From Monocercomonoides exilis PA203 (lineage: Eukaryota; Protista; Preaxostyla): 64,000 nucleotides of DNA. Where the stretch lies: positions 1,674,001 through 1,738,000 of the forward strand of contig LSRY02000007.1 in NCBI GenBank assembly GCA_001643675.2. The letters run 5' to 3'. The notes beneath the pieces were generated by a model, which saw only the letters and a program-made list of their open reading frames with translations, was not told the DNA's origin and searched no databases. A program made the position numbers and the translations under genes. This document shows, piece after piece, positions 50,692-63,355 of this stretch; position 1 is the first letter of the stretch; every line of letters begins with the position of its first letter.

Positions 50692-53600
50692 ATGAGATTA
50701 AATGCGGTTGCAATATTTGTTGGATTTGTATTCCCTCGTTTCTTCAAATTTAATCGAGCACAAAGTTCAGAATCACAGCCAGTTTACGTATTGGTTTTGA
50801 AAATCTTAGCTATTGCTGTTTTATTGTGTTTCTCCGCAATGTTTTCAGGTTTGGGCATCAAAAAATTGTTTTTGTGTTTTATGTTTTTTTGAAATCATCT
50901 TTAGGGTTGAATCTTGGATTACTTGCACTTGATAAATTAAACTTACAGATTTTGATTGATCTTGGAAATGAAAAAGAGCGAAAACAAGCAGCAAAAATTA
51001 TGCGAATCAGAAAAAGCGGTAATAATTTATTTTTTATTAAGACAATTTTTGTAGGTTGAAATTATTTCTTTTTGTTTTTTGCATTTCTTTTTTTGATTGA
51101 ATCAAGGTAATATTCTTTTATGTACACTGCTTTTAGGAAATGGTTTGCAGATTTGACCTTTGAAGTTTATGTTTTTATATTTATTTCATTTATGTTTTTC
51201 TTGAAAATTTTTGTTTTTTTATTCATAGTGATGGTTAACACTGGTGTATCACTTTTAATGGAACAGGTTGGAGGAGGAACCATTGCATTCGTTCTTTCAA
51301 CGGTTTTAACAGTGACGTTTGGAGAAATTCTTCCTCAGGCCATATGCACGAGATACGGACTTCAGATTGGTGCTGCGCTTTGGTGGTTAGTATATGCAAT
51401 TATGATACTTCTGTCAATCATCGTGGTTCCTGTGGGAAAGCTACTGGACTGCATTCTCGGGGTGGAGATTGGAAATACGTACAACAAAACTCAATTGAAA
51501 AAATTGATTGAATTGCATGCCTCCGATGAAAAGATTCGGTCGTTGTATCAGGAAGACAGGATTGAAAACTCAGACTTCATTTTGGTGTCAAACTCATTTG
51601 ATTTTTCAAAGAAAGCAGCGTGTGAGGTTATGACGCCCATGAAAGATGTGTTTATGCTGGAGGTTTGATGAGCAATAGCCAAATGATAGAATGAAAGAAC
51701 AAGGATTAAGAAACTTAGTCAAATACATTTCGAATTCTTCGAATAATAATTTAATATATGTTTTACGTTGCACAGACTCCTTCATCGTATTTTTCTATTT
51801 TTATCTTTTTTTTCTGTTTTAGTCTTCTGAGTATCTGAAGTCTGATACAATTGAGCGTATTGTAAGTGACGGCCACAGCAGGATTCCCGTCTTTGAGCAC
51901 ACAGAAGACTCCATCCTCGGCTTTGTGGCTGCAAAAGAGGTGCTTCTGCTGGCAGGAGAAGTGAGTGCGAAAAGCGAAAGTGGCAAGACAGACATCAGAG
52001 TGAAAGATGCGTATGAGTCCTTTGGGCAGATGATGGCATATGTGCATTCAGAGATGCGGCTGCCGGATGTGATGAATGCGATGAAGAAAGGGAAGAACAC
52101 GATGGCTGTTGTGTATCGTGTGAATGACTCAGGAGAAGGAGACCCGTTCTACGAGAACATCGGCATCATCACCAGAGAAGACGTGGTGAGTGAGATTGTG
52201 GGCGAGGAATGGGGCGAGTTGTGCATCACTGCGCCAAGCCAGGCAGACAAAGAGAAAGCGACCAGCAGCAAGAATCAAGCCAACAGTGAAAGTTGCGAGG
52301 GAAAGAGAAGCAGAACAGCGTCTGTGGAGATGGAAGGTGAAGAGAGAAATGTGGGAGAAGAAAACCAGGAAGCGAATGCTTGCAACAAGCTGGCAGCAGA
52401 AGTTGAGATGGAAGAGCTCAACAGCTTGGAAGAGATGAACGATGTGAATGAAGTGAGTGATGAAGGAGATTCTGTTCAGACAAATAAAATGAACAAAATT
52501 AAAAAAGAGGATAAAATGAGCAACCAAAGTGCGATTTCTGAGTCAAAAAGAATGCAAAAGCAGATGGAGAATGAGCAAAAAGAACAGGAAAAAAGTGCAA
52601 GCTCTAGTTCAGAATGCATGACCACTGAAAAGAGGAGAGAGCGAAGGATCATTTGTAGAGACGAGCCAATAACAACTGAGATGAATGTGGATATTGTGCC
52701 ATATATTTCAAGCAGCCATTCTGCCATCCACTCATCCTCTCATTCTGCTGTGTCTCCATTGCATCCATCGCATATGTCTCATTCATCACCCTTGGGAAGA
52801 AGCAGTCCTTCTTCTCTTTATAGCACCCAGTCTCCTCCTCTCTCTTGTTCTCCTTCGTGTTCCTCGCTCGGTGCAGCAACAAGAAGGAAGCGTTTCAGAA
52901 TGCAAAATTGGACATTGTGCGACGAGTTTGTAAAAGCAAACAGGAAGAAGATTGAAATGTTTCTGCTTGCAAATCTACCAATAGGAGAAGGGAAGGAAGA
53001 AGATGAGGAGATTAAAGAGGAGAAAGAGAAGGAAAAAGAGAGAAGGGAATGGGCAGAACGAACTGTGAAGGAGCTTTTGGATAAATCTCACGGATATGAA
53101 GTGCATGGATGGTATTCAAGTGCTTCGAAGCATGCCTCTCCTATGCTCCCCCTCTCTATTTCCTTATCTTCATCTTCAGCGTCGTCTTCATCGTCTTCAT
53201 CGTCCTCAAATTCAACAAGCTCAACCAGTTCAGCCAGCTCTGAATGGACAAGAACTCATCACCAGCCACACGGCACTGTCTCTTCTTTGTCTTCTGTCTC
53301 TTCCACTCATCCTCTTCTGTCAACACCTTCCTCACCATACCCTTGTGACACTCTGTCTTCAATGTCTTCTGTGTCTTCTCTGCCATCGTCACCTGGATTT
53401 GCCTTTGCGCCATCACATGAGCTTGTTATGTCTTCTTCTGGAACTGTTGCAGCATCTTCTGTGCAAATGGGGCAAAGCAGAACAAGCGGAAAGGAAAGCA
53501 ATGAGAATGCTGATAAACACCTGGAAAGAGGGAATGGAAGAAATGATTTGCATAGTCATTCGTCTTTGAGTGCGCCTGCAGTGTGTCGTGTGTGTGTGCA

Positions 53601-54180
53601 GCATGAAAGCGAGCCAGATCTGATTGTGGTGCTGTCTGGAAGAGTGGAAGTGGTGAGAGAAGAAGAAGAAGAAGAATACGATGAAGATGATGATTATGAT
53701 GATCAAGAGAAAGATAGGAGTGATACAAAAAGAAGTGAAACAGAGAACATTCATAATAATGATTCTGATGACATTGGAAAAACAAAAGAGAGCGAAAAGA
53801 AGAAGAACGAACCGAAGAGAAAGAAAGTGGTTCTGAGCGATGTTGGGATGCCATGGACGATTCTGAACAGAGAATGCTTCTTCCGACGGGAGCAAATCAA
53901 ACCCAATTTTGTTGAGCCAGAAGAAGTCGGAACCGAAAAAATGGAAATTTGCCGAAGCAGCGGCAGTTATTCGTCGTTGTCTCCGTCTCTTTTCTTCCCT
54001 TCGTATGAGTCGAGTGTTGTGTTTGAGAAAGCACAGCTTCCTTTGGATGAAGTGCCGTATTCAGCGACTGTGGTGGAAGGAGAGGCAAAGGTGCTGGTGG
54101 TGCCACACAGTGTGATGCAGATGGTGATGAATGGAGGAATCAGTGAGGCAGATGGCATATGTGGGGGGATTTCTATCTAA
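50692..54180 (+). CDS. CNNM/CorC-family metal (Mg2+) transporter: DUF21 + CBS pair + degenerate cNMP-binding-like tail
   Basis: Spliced motifs LLCFSAMFSGLNLGLLALD, GNILLCTLLLGNVMVN, TFGEILPQAICTRYGL.IGA, VMTPMKDVFML, GHSRIPVFE, IGIITREDVVSEIVGEE, LIVVLSGRVEV; about 5 exons. Confidence 0.92.
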
Positions 54181-54912
54181 AGTTGTTGTTGTGTGAAGAA
54201 AGAAGGAGGGAAATTTTTTCAGTTGGAACGAGGGTATTTGTGCTTTGTATTAATGGGAATTTGTTTTAGTAAACAATTTGCTTTTTGATTTATTGATTAA
54301 ATTTAAAATTTTTGTTTATTATTTTTATTCTTAAAAAAGAAATAAAAAAAAATGATTTGTCTTTGCTTATCCTATTCTTCATTATATGTTTCATTTTGAA
54401 ATTACAACCTTTTTTTTTATTTCTCAATTTGTATTTGAATGTTAGAGATATAAGTGTTGAGCTGTTAGTTTAATATTGCTTATAATTTTGGATTTTATAC
54501 ATGGCATTTGCACTTGCTGGCTTAATAAGTCATGCTTATATATGTGATGAATGCTTGCAATTACTTTTTGTTCTCATTGGACATTAATATTTTATTCTGT
54601 GAAAAGAACAGTTTTCTTCATTTCATACATTTATGTTTTCTTGTGCGCTTGATGTGTCCTCGTTTATGACAATTATTTTACAATTCCAATTGTTTTTTAT
54701 GTTTTTTTGCTTTTTATTTTGCACTTTTTGATAAAAGAAATAATATCAGCAGTGCTTATAACGAAAGATAAATAATCTCCTTTTATTTTATTTATACGCA
54801 CCAATACTAAGTTACAAGATTATATTGCACAACAATCTTCGCAGATATTTGAAAATGATTGAAAGAAAGTTTCCAATGGAGCGAAAATAAAATATTTTTT
54901 ACTTGTTTAAGA

Positions 54913-54951
<39 letters not shown>

Positions 54952-55121
54952 AAAAAACGTCCAATCTTTTATTTGTTCGATCAAATGGAAGTTGCTTTTC
55001 AAATACCGTTTGCTTCGTAATTATAATTCTTCGCGTTAATCATATTTTTCTTTATTATTTTGCAAATGAGTTTTCATTGATGCTATTATGGTTGCAAAAA
55101 TATTCTTTTATCTTTTTATCC

Positions 55122-56630
55122 ATGGAAAACAAAGGTTTTGAAAGCGTTAATGTAGCTCTTTCGAGTGAAGATCATCCAGTGCTAAAGGAAGATTTGCTGA
55201 AAGAGAAAGGAATAAACGAGGAGGATTTGACATTTTTAGCTTCAAAAGGGAATGTTTGTGTAGAAAGCATAATGACGAAGCTGGGCCCAAAAGAATTTGT
55301 TTGGGGAGCAGACTGGAACAAAGTGACATTTGATAAAGAACCATTTGTACTCCCCGGATACGAAGCTTTTGCGATGAAACAACCAAGTTTTCGAAGGTCA
55401 TTGCCGTCTGTGCCTTTATCGCGGTCTTTACGTCCAGCCATGCATCTAAGCACACCAACTGCACAAGGAATCAGAAGGTCTACTGGGTTCAAAAGCCCCA
55501 GAAAAATTATTGAGACCGATTCTGGAGCAAACACAGCACCATCTATTGGACAGTCACCTACAAGCCCTTTGCAGGAAAAGCTGTACTATCCAGCCATCAA
55601 ATGTGAATCGTTAACGAATCTCCTTGGAGTGCAGCCAAACTTTTTACCTCTTCCAACAGAACCTGGTGAATCTCCAATTAATGAACTAAAAGTTCCGAAG
55701 CTTCCTCCGTTCACTTTCCCCTTATTTCCAACGTTTTCTTTGAACACATCGGAATTGGAAAAGCAAACTGCACAACAAACCGTTGACTCCAAGAAAATGT
55801 CTATGCCAAGGCTGGCAAATCGTTTTTCTCAGAAAACAGTATCGACTACCATGAAAACTGGAACGGGAAGAAGTTCAGCGTTTTCGTTCCCAGCTGCAAC
55901 TAATCCTTATTCTCAGTTTTCTGCGCTGATAAAAAGAGCGGAAACTTTGAACAAAGCTCATGCCTCGTCAGAAGAAAAGAAAAAGGAAGAAAAAAGTGAA
56001 AATGAGACGAACTGTGGAGAAACAAAAGCTGAAGAGAAAGGAAGAAAGGAGAAGAAAGATGAAAAAGAGTCAAAAGGGGGTTTTTCTTCTTCGAGTACAA
56101 CAAACGAGGCCCGACTTGCTGAACTTAACGGCTTGTGCGAGAAATGGAAGAAAGTGACAGTGGAGCTGCTGGAGCTGCTGTTGCCTCAAGCAGAGGAGCA
56201 TTACAAACAGATGAAAGTGCTGAAGGCAGAAAGGGAGCGAAACGAAGAGGAAGGATTTGGGTTCGGATTCGGATTCAGTTTTGGATTAGATGACTTTGAT
56301 AAAAAGGAGAGCTCGCACGGAAGGATATGGAAAGACAATGGAAAAAGGAGATCATTCATAAGTTGCAGCGAGAAAATCAGAGAGGAAGTAGGAGAAAAGG
56401 AAGAAGGCGAAGGAAGCAATTACGAAGAAGACGAAAATGAGAGATTTTTTGAAGGTGAAGAAGGCGGACTTGAAGAAACAAATGCGGAGAAAGGGGAAGG
56501 GAAAGAAACTGGAAAAGAAGGAACGAAAGAGGAGGATGACGCGCCGTTTTCGATGGGAATGTTTCTTGCGCAACTTAACATCGAACCAAGTCTTGTTGGC
56601 TATTCTGAAGCTTTGGATGCTTTCACTTGA
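55122..56630 (+). CDS. Sfr1/Mei5-like recombination accessory factor
   Basis: Long disordered basic N-region, then RLAELNGLCEKWKKVTVELLELL...FSMGMFLAQLNIEPSLVGYSEALDAFT-stop, matching from memory the Sfr1/Mei5 C-terminal pattern L..LI.KWR.....L.EL / M..ML..L.ID..LVGY......F. ATG at 55122 preferred over the TTG ORF start at 54903. Confidence 0.7.
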   Translation: MENKGFESVNVALSSEDHPVLKEDLLKEKGINEEDLTFLASKGNVCVESIMTKLGPKEFVWGADWNKVTFDKEPFVLPGYEAFAMKQPSFRRSLPSVPLSRSLRPAMHLSTPTAQGIRRSTGFKSPRKIIETDSGANTAPSIGQSPTSPLQEKLYYPAIKCESLTNLLGVQPNFLPLPTEPGESPINELKVPKLPPFTFPLFPTFSLNTSELEKQTAQQTVDSKKMSMPRLANRFSQKTVSTTMKTGTGRSSAFSFPAATNPYSQFSALIKRAETLNKAHASSEEKKKEEKSENETNCGETKAEEKGRKEKKDEKESKGGFSSSSTTNEARLAELNGLCEKWKKVTVELLELLLPQAEEHYKQMKVLKAERERNEEEGFGFGFGFSFGLDDFDKKESSHGRIWKDNGKRRSFISCSEKIREEVGEKEEGEGSNYEEDENERFFEGEEGGLEETNAEKGEGKETGKEGTKEEDDAPFSMGMFLAQLNIEPSLVGYSEALDAFT

Positions 56631-59424
56631 AAGTTTGCATGAATTTTTTTTATTAATGCTGGCAATATGTGATGATTGATCTGTTGTTTATTTGATAGCT
56701 TTTAGTGATTTCGTCCAGTCGATTGGAGGACTGTGAATTTTGTTTTTTGAAGCTGTCTTTCTTTGGGAGATGCATCAACTGCGCTTAAAGATAGCACGGG
56801 AAAAGAAACGAATGACTCAATTTAACGAATTCGGAATATCCTTTTTTGCTTATTGGCAATTATTCTATTTTGAATTGCTGATAACATTTTTGGCTTATTC
56901 AAAAGAGAGTATCCGAGGCTTTGTGAAAAGGTAATTTTCCCCCCGGTTTCTGTTCCTTTTTTTGTTGCTTCGAGTTTATTTTTTTCTACTTTTAACATTT
57001 ATTTGCGACATTTCGGTGATAATGGGAACATATTTGTGCAAAATCAACTTTAACAAACTCTTCAACTGTTTATAATTCCAAAGCAGAAGTGTTTACATCA
57101 AAATTTTTATTTCCGAATGATTATGTCTTTTTGTTTGTTTAATATCAGTTAATTCAATACTCGCAAAGAATTCATATTAGCATCTGTTTCTTTTCTTTTT
57201 TTTTTTTTTTTAATTCATGCATTTTTTAAAAACACATTTTATTAATATTTTTATCTATTTGAATGAATAATGATTGCATTTTTTATTAAAAAAAAAAATA
57301 AAAATTGATAGGGCAATGATTGCTTTCAAATGAGAAATTGAAAAGGCTTGATAATAATTTTTATTATCTTTTTTCCCAAGAAAATAAATTTGCTCATGGG
57401 AAAGTTTATATTTCACACTTTTCTCTCTTGATAATTGCATCAATGCAAATATTTCTCTTCAAAATCGGATTTATTGCATATAACTATTAAACTTCCTTGC
57501 AATATAAAGAAATTATGACTTATGGGAGCAAGGGATAGTTTCCAATCTTATCTCGATGTTATTTTTTATTGCTGCTGAAGCTGTTAGCCTCTTACTGATC
57601 AATTTCTTCTCTTTTGCAGACAATGAAAAATCACAAAATATCGATATATTTGAACTGTGTTAAGACAACAGCACAATCAGCTCAGCAATTATCCTTTTCA
57701 ACAGCTCCACCACAGTGAAAAATGCCTTCTTTGTCAATATGTTGTGGAATAAACCTGCTGCCCTCTGCATCAAATCGATATGTTGCCTTCAAAATACTCA
57801 TTTACTCTGTTCGGCGAATGCTTCACCATTGCTTGCAAAAAGAAGCATGATAAAGCTGTGTCATTTGTCAATATCCGCATGTTTAACCTGCTCTGCTACC
57901 AATAGTATCATATCGTCTGATGATTCCAGTGAAATGGTGCTTAAAACAAGTATTGTAAAAAATGTTGTCATTCGCTCTGAAGGTGGCTTATTGCAAGCAG
58001 GAGAGACTTATAAAGAAACGCTGTGCAATACAATTGTTGAAAATGCTTCTTCAAAACCAGTTCAAAACTTCCAATATCACGAATACATCACTGCTCAGAG
58101 CATTGTTGAAAATAGCGTTTTTTCGGGATCAACGAACATTCTTGAATGAAAAATTGTGCATGGAACGCTTTTTTCGAGCCCATTTGACTCGAGAAACAAC
58201 ACATTCAGGAATAACGTAAGAGAAGATGATTCACTGACACGAATGAGCAGAGTAACCACGACAGATTCACAATCGTACGGTCAGTGTGAACGGGAAGATT
58301 GCAGTGCTTCATGTGGAGGTGCACTGTATGTTCACGACAACGAATTCGCAACCCTTTCAGTGCTGAATTCTTCGTTTTTGAGATGCAATACAACAACCTC
58401 GAAGGGTGGAGGTATTTTTGCAGACAAAATCGGAGAATGCACCATTAAGCACTATATTTTTGAAGGATGCTATTGTGGATATAAAAACGAAACAGGAGGA
58501 GGAGGAAGAATTGAAGCGACAAAAGCAACGATTCAATAATGGTTGAAGAATGTCTCTTCAAAGATAATTGTTCTCAAGATGATGGAGGAGGATTAGGAAT
58601 TTGGAGCTGCAAAGTTCAGAAAACAAAAGAGTGTATTTTGAGCTGCAAATTCATCAACTGCAGCGGAAATTACACAGCTAGTTCGTGGCGTGGAGGAACG
58701 TTTCATTGGTTTCCCAAAGACAAAATTGTCATTCGAAACCGCTTTTTTCAAAATTGTTCTTCTAAGTTTATTGGTGGAGGAATAGGTATTTCAGTGACTT
58801 CAATAAACACAAACAAATTACTTTGGTTCTCTTTTTTTCACGAAAATAAGGCATCGCGTGGATGTGATATTGCACCATTCAATTGTCCAAATGGAAATCA
58901 GATTGGATATTGTTATTCAACAAGCACTGATAAATCAAGATGCAATATTGACGATGAGGATAAGCGCGAATGACTTCCAAAAACTGGAGGAAGAGTTGGG
59001 TATGTTGCAACAGAACAAGTTCTATCAAATCCCAGACACATTCTCTTGTGGGATTAACGAGTAATATCCATGCCAAACAATAAGTCATTGCTTGACATAG
59101 ACAATTCCTGGACTTGTTGAAGATATAAAAGTGCAAGGTTGGAACGTGATAGAATCAAGAACTGTTGATGCTGAAGATGGAATATTGCACATTGGAGGAG
59201 TTAACGAAACAGGAGCCATCGTGACGATTGCATTCGAAAGAAAAGATCAATGCTTTTTGAACGTGAAAGATGGAACACTGGAATCGAGAGATATATGTGT
59301 AATATATGATCTTGTGCACAGAGAGAAACAATATTGCTGGATTGCAGAGATCAAAGAAATAGGAACACTAAAAATACAAAATATGGATTTGTCAATGAGC
59401 AGTGACAATTCTGAAATCGGATTA

Positions 59425-61432
59425 GGATCATCTTTTTATTGGCACTTTTTTCTTTATTGGCACCTTTATTTTTTGTAATGAAAAAAAGTTAAAAACACAT
59501 CAAAAAAACACAAAACTCGAATCAATTACTTTTCTGACTTTTCTTTTTCCATTTTCACGTTCAAAGTGTTCAAATTCATCACTTGTTTCATATTCTTCAC
59601 TCTTGATTTTTCTGAATGTCCTTTTCACTTTTTTCTCCAAAGGCAATTCTTCTTCTTCAATTTCCTTTTCTTTTTCTTCAATTTCTTTAATTTTCATCTT
59701 GTGCTTTTCATTATATTCATCCCATTCATCAAGAAGCTTTTATTTTGTGATTTCTTTTCCGAAGAGGTCGAAATATTGTGAATGAGAAGGAATGAAGTAT
59801 TGAGAAGACTGAGGGAGTTTCATTAGCACAGATCCAGATCCATTGCTGAGGACTCCGCTGTTAACGAAGGCTTTTTTGATCACAGATGGTGTGAATGCTG
59901 TGTGAAGGGCTTGTGGCAACACATCTGCAACAGCTGTTCTTTTTGAAGATGAGGAGGTGGATGATGGAGAGCTGTAATTGTTTGACAGTTTTGTCTTCAA
60001 TACTGCAAATGCTCCTCTGTCCAGCGGCTGCAATATGTGCGTGGTGTGTGGAACGAAGGTGAAGACATCAATTTCTGCGTCTTTGAACTGTCTCCATATA
60101 GTTGGATCTGCCCGCGATGAGTGTGAATCCAGGAGAAGAAGGCAACGATGAGTTTCTTTTAGAATTCGCTTTCTTCTGTCAATGATAGCTGGCAGCAGGA
60201 CTGTTAAGGCGTATTTTTTGAATGCTGTTTTGTCCATCCAGCCGTTTGTGTTTGGCCAAATGTCAAGCGACGGCGTTAACAGTGTTGTCAGTTCTTTCGG
60301 AAGATTTGCACTCGGCCACAGCACGACAGACGGAAGAGAGAAACCATCAGCAGCGATTCCAGCAACGAGAGTGGCATTCGGCATCCTTTAGGCAGTTTTT
60401 TTGAATCCAGCTTGCTCATCTGCGGGATGAACAACAACATTGCGTGAAGAAGTTGTAATGCGAAGCGAAGATTCATCGATGTTGAAGATTAATTCTTCTG
60501 GATATTTGTTTTCATCGTGTAATGCTTGTAATTCGGTGTACAACGGCTTAAGGACTTTCTGACAAGATGCTGCTAGTCTGTTAATGTCAACTTGCTTTGG
60601 AAGCGATAACTTCAATTCCGGATGGCGCTTTATGAATGCGTGAACCGTCTTCAGAGTGACTGTCTTTTTCTTCTTTTCTTCTTTTTCTCCTTCATCTTCA
60701 CTATCGTTAATTATATTTTCCATCTTAATACAAATTAATATACAATTCAAATATCAATTAAAAACCAGATCGCGCGCTTTTCGTAATGTGAGGTTTGTCC
60801 CAAATCGAGATTCTATAGTAACTTCTTCCAAGAATTGTTTTTTTTTTCACCGCTGATAATTGGCGGGTGCCCAACTTTTGCAATCGGCCTGCCGTTTTCA
60901 ATAGCTTTTACAGAGTGCTCCAAAGATTTTTTGCTGATCCCCCCATATTTGACCCCATCGACCAGTCTGATAACATTGTCATTTACAATGTGTGCAATCC
61001 TTTCTAATCTTGAACTATATTTTCTGTAATGGAATGAAGACATTGCTTCCTTCAGCCGCTTCAGCTTTCTTTTTCACTAATAATTTCATATATATATTAT
61101 GGGTAATGATCATTAATATATTTTTTTATTTATTAATTCTCATTAAAGAATTTTTAATAAATATTTAAATTTTTGAATGAATTAGAAATATTTACAAACC
61201 TTTGTGCAGTCCAATTTCTCATGAAAGCTCAATAGAAGGACTTGAACCCCCCCCCCCCCCCCCCATTTCCCCCCATGAAAAATTGGATTTCTTTCAAAAT
61301 TGAAATATTAGATTATATCACATTTGAATATATACCAAAAATATATTTTAAAATATCATTTGTGGGTCAGATTAATATTTTTTTAAAAAAAAAGGGCCAA
61401 TAAAGAAAAAAGTGCCTATAAAAAGATGACAC
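59425..61432 (-). mobile_element. pogo-type (Tc1/mariner superfamily) DNA transposon, 2008 bp
   Basis: 37-bp TIRs GGATCATCTTTTTATTGGCACTTTTTTCTTTATTGGC versus reverse complement GTGTCATCTTTTTATAGGCACTTTTTTCTTTATTGGC (3 mismatches); TA duplication at 59423-59424 and 61433-61434. Confidence 0.92.
59500..61043 (-). pseudogene. DDE_1/pogo transposase (DD35D), disrupted
   Basis: IFNIDES, TLVAGIAADG..LP, NGWM, LLLLDSHSSR, PHTTHILQPLD.GAF..LK; 35 residues between the second and third Asp; in-frame TAA at 60388-60390 and frameshifts near 60830 and 59745. Confidence 0.9.
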
Positions 61433-63355
61433 TACTCAAAGACTCACCAGTTCAAGTGAATTGAGGAAGCTTGGAATTAATTTCTGTTTCGTGGAATGAG
61501 ACAACTTGTCAGAAATCATTGATTGCTGTCTGTCCAACAAACATCATTACATCGATCTCTTTGGATTCTACTTTTTCCTTGAAAAAAAATTGAGTTTTGA
61601 TGTAAAAGTATTGAAATGCTCTTTTATCTCTTAACAAACATATATTTATCATTTATTCAATTATTGTTCACATCAAATATACAAAACATAATACAATATT
61701 CTTTGTCTTATGTGTTTTGTTTCGCACGGTCATTTCAGGGATTTTTCTTGATTTTTAATAATTTTTATATTTCTTTTTTCATGAGAATGTTAGAATGATA
61801 GTTATATATTTTGAAGAAAATATTTGTTATAAATTATTTTTTTATTCATTAATTCTATAATTCTGAACAACATTATTTTCGTTTACCCAAAATATATTTT
61901 TTTAACATTAATTATTAAAAAAATCAATAAATTGAGGTTTGTAGTTAGATTTTTATAACGAGAAATGTAATATTTTTGCTCCTTATTTTTTCGCCATCTT
62001 TTCAGTTCGGAATTATTTGCTGTATTCAGGTTACTGCTGGAATTTCTGCAAGTTGCGTTTTTTCGAGCAAGCCACAAGATTGAAAGGATAACAAGAGTTT
62101 TGATATGAAATCATTCAGCAATTTTAAATGGAAATTCACCAATGTATTCCAGAGCACTTAATTATTCAGTGCAATTCACAGAAAGAAAGGAGGAAAAAGA
62201 AGAAGCTCACGCTCATGGGATAATGCAACATGTTGTTATAGTATGATCCGGAAGATGAATAAAGAAAAGGCAGAAAGAAAATTTATATGCATAATGTGGA
62301 TCGACAGAAAAAGGAAAGAGAAAGATGGGCAAAGAAGAGAAAACGAAAGATAATGGAGAATTGTGCGAACACACAGAACGGGAACTTCTCTGAACAGCTG
62401 CACATAGATATCACAGTTATTATACACACTATTGTTTAGCTTTTTATGGAAAGGAACGAAGATGAGCATTAAGAAAAAGAGGGAGAGGAAAAAGCATCGA
62501 ACGAATGCTGAAAGATTGCAGAAGCAGAAGCAGTATATGATGAAGGAAAAGACAAGGATGAACACGAAAAGGAAGAGGAAGAGGAAAGAAAGAGAAAGAG
62601 AAAGTTGGGGAAAAAATCTTTGAAAGAAGATTTTAATATTTCTGGCTTTTTTTTACTCAAAATAGAAAGGAGGTCATTAAAAACTGGATTTATTCGTTAA
62701 CAAGAACTTACAGAAGTGCAAGATTGTATTTTAGTTATTTTTGAACGTGGAATTGGACGAAGGGCCCAGAAAGAAGATGAAGTGAAATAAAATTAGCAGC
62801 CCAATGTCCAACAACAAAACATATTTCCAAAAGAAAGGAATTTGAAAACATAACAGAAAAATGAAAAAAGAAATAGATGCGCAATGCAAGCAAAAGCGGA
62901 TCATACAGGTGGCAACAACTGGTTTGCAGGCTCTTTTTCGTTTGCTCATGTTCGGAATCGCTTTTATTTTTTATTTTTTATTTTTCTATTCCAATTTTTC
63001 AAAGACTTCTATTTTATCTGACTTCCATACGTCATTAGAGTCATCTATTTATATGAAATATCATTTGCCTAGCGTTGATAGATGGTAGATTGCCTCTTTA
63101 AACCTGCTGTGGAAATTGTGGCCGAATTTTTCTTTGTGCCAAACGCGGATAGGAGAGAGACTACAGAACATTTTTCTGCAAGCCAGAAATACCGCCTTAG
63201 CTGTAATTGTTGCAAGAGATGAAAACGCTCCGAATAAAGCGATCGAAAGGTCAATATTTAGCCTTTGAACATCTTTTGCAAAGATAAACCGAAGAAAATG
63301 AGCTGGTCATTAACAAAATAATGAGGGCATCGCTTTTTAAGCGGCCTGTACAAGA

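Larger units (their letters stand above)
57556..61580 (+). pseudogene. Surface-protein (PMP/beta-helix-like, GG-motif) pseudogene, interrupted by the pogo element
   Basis: CGGALYV, KGGGIFA, DDGGGLGIW, IGGGIGIS, SCKFINCS, FFQNCSS motifs in several frames with stops and frameshifts; the frame resumes after 61434. Confidence 0.75.

Noticed and set aside
54903-55121. N-terminal extension of the 575-aa ORF beginning with poly-Phe
   Set aside because: Arises from a poly-T tract in upstream non-coding or intronic DNA; ATG 55122 is the more plausible start.
62140-62630. Charged coding-like fragment
   Set aside because: Short, stop-interrupted and low complexity; no assignable product.
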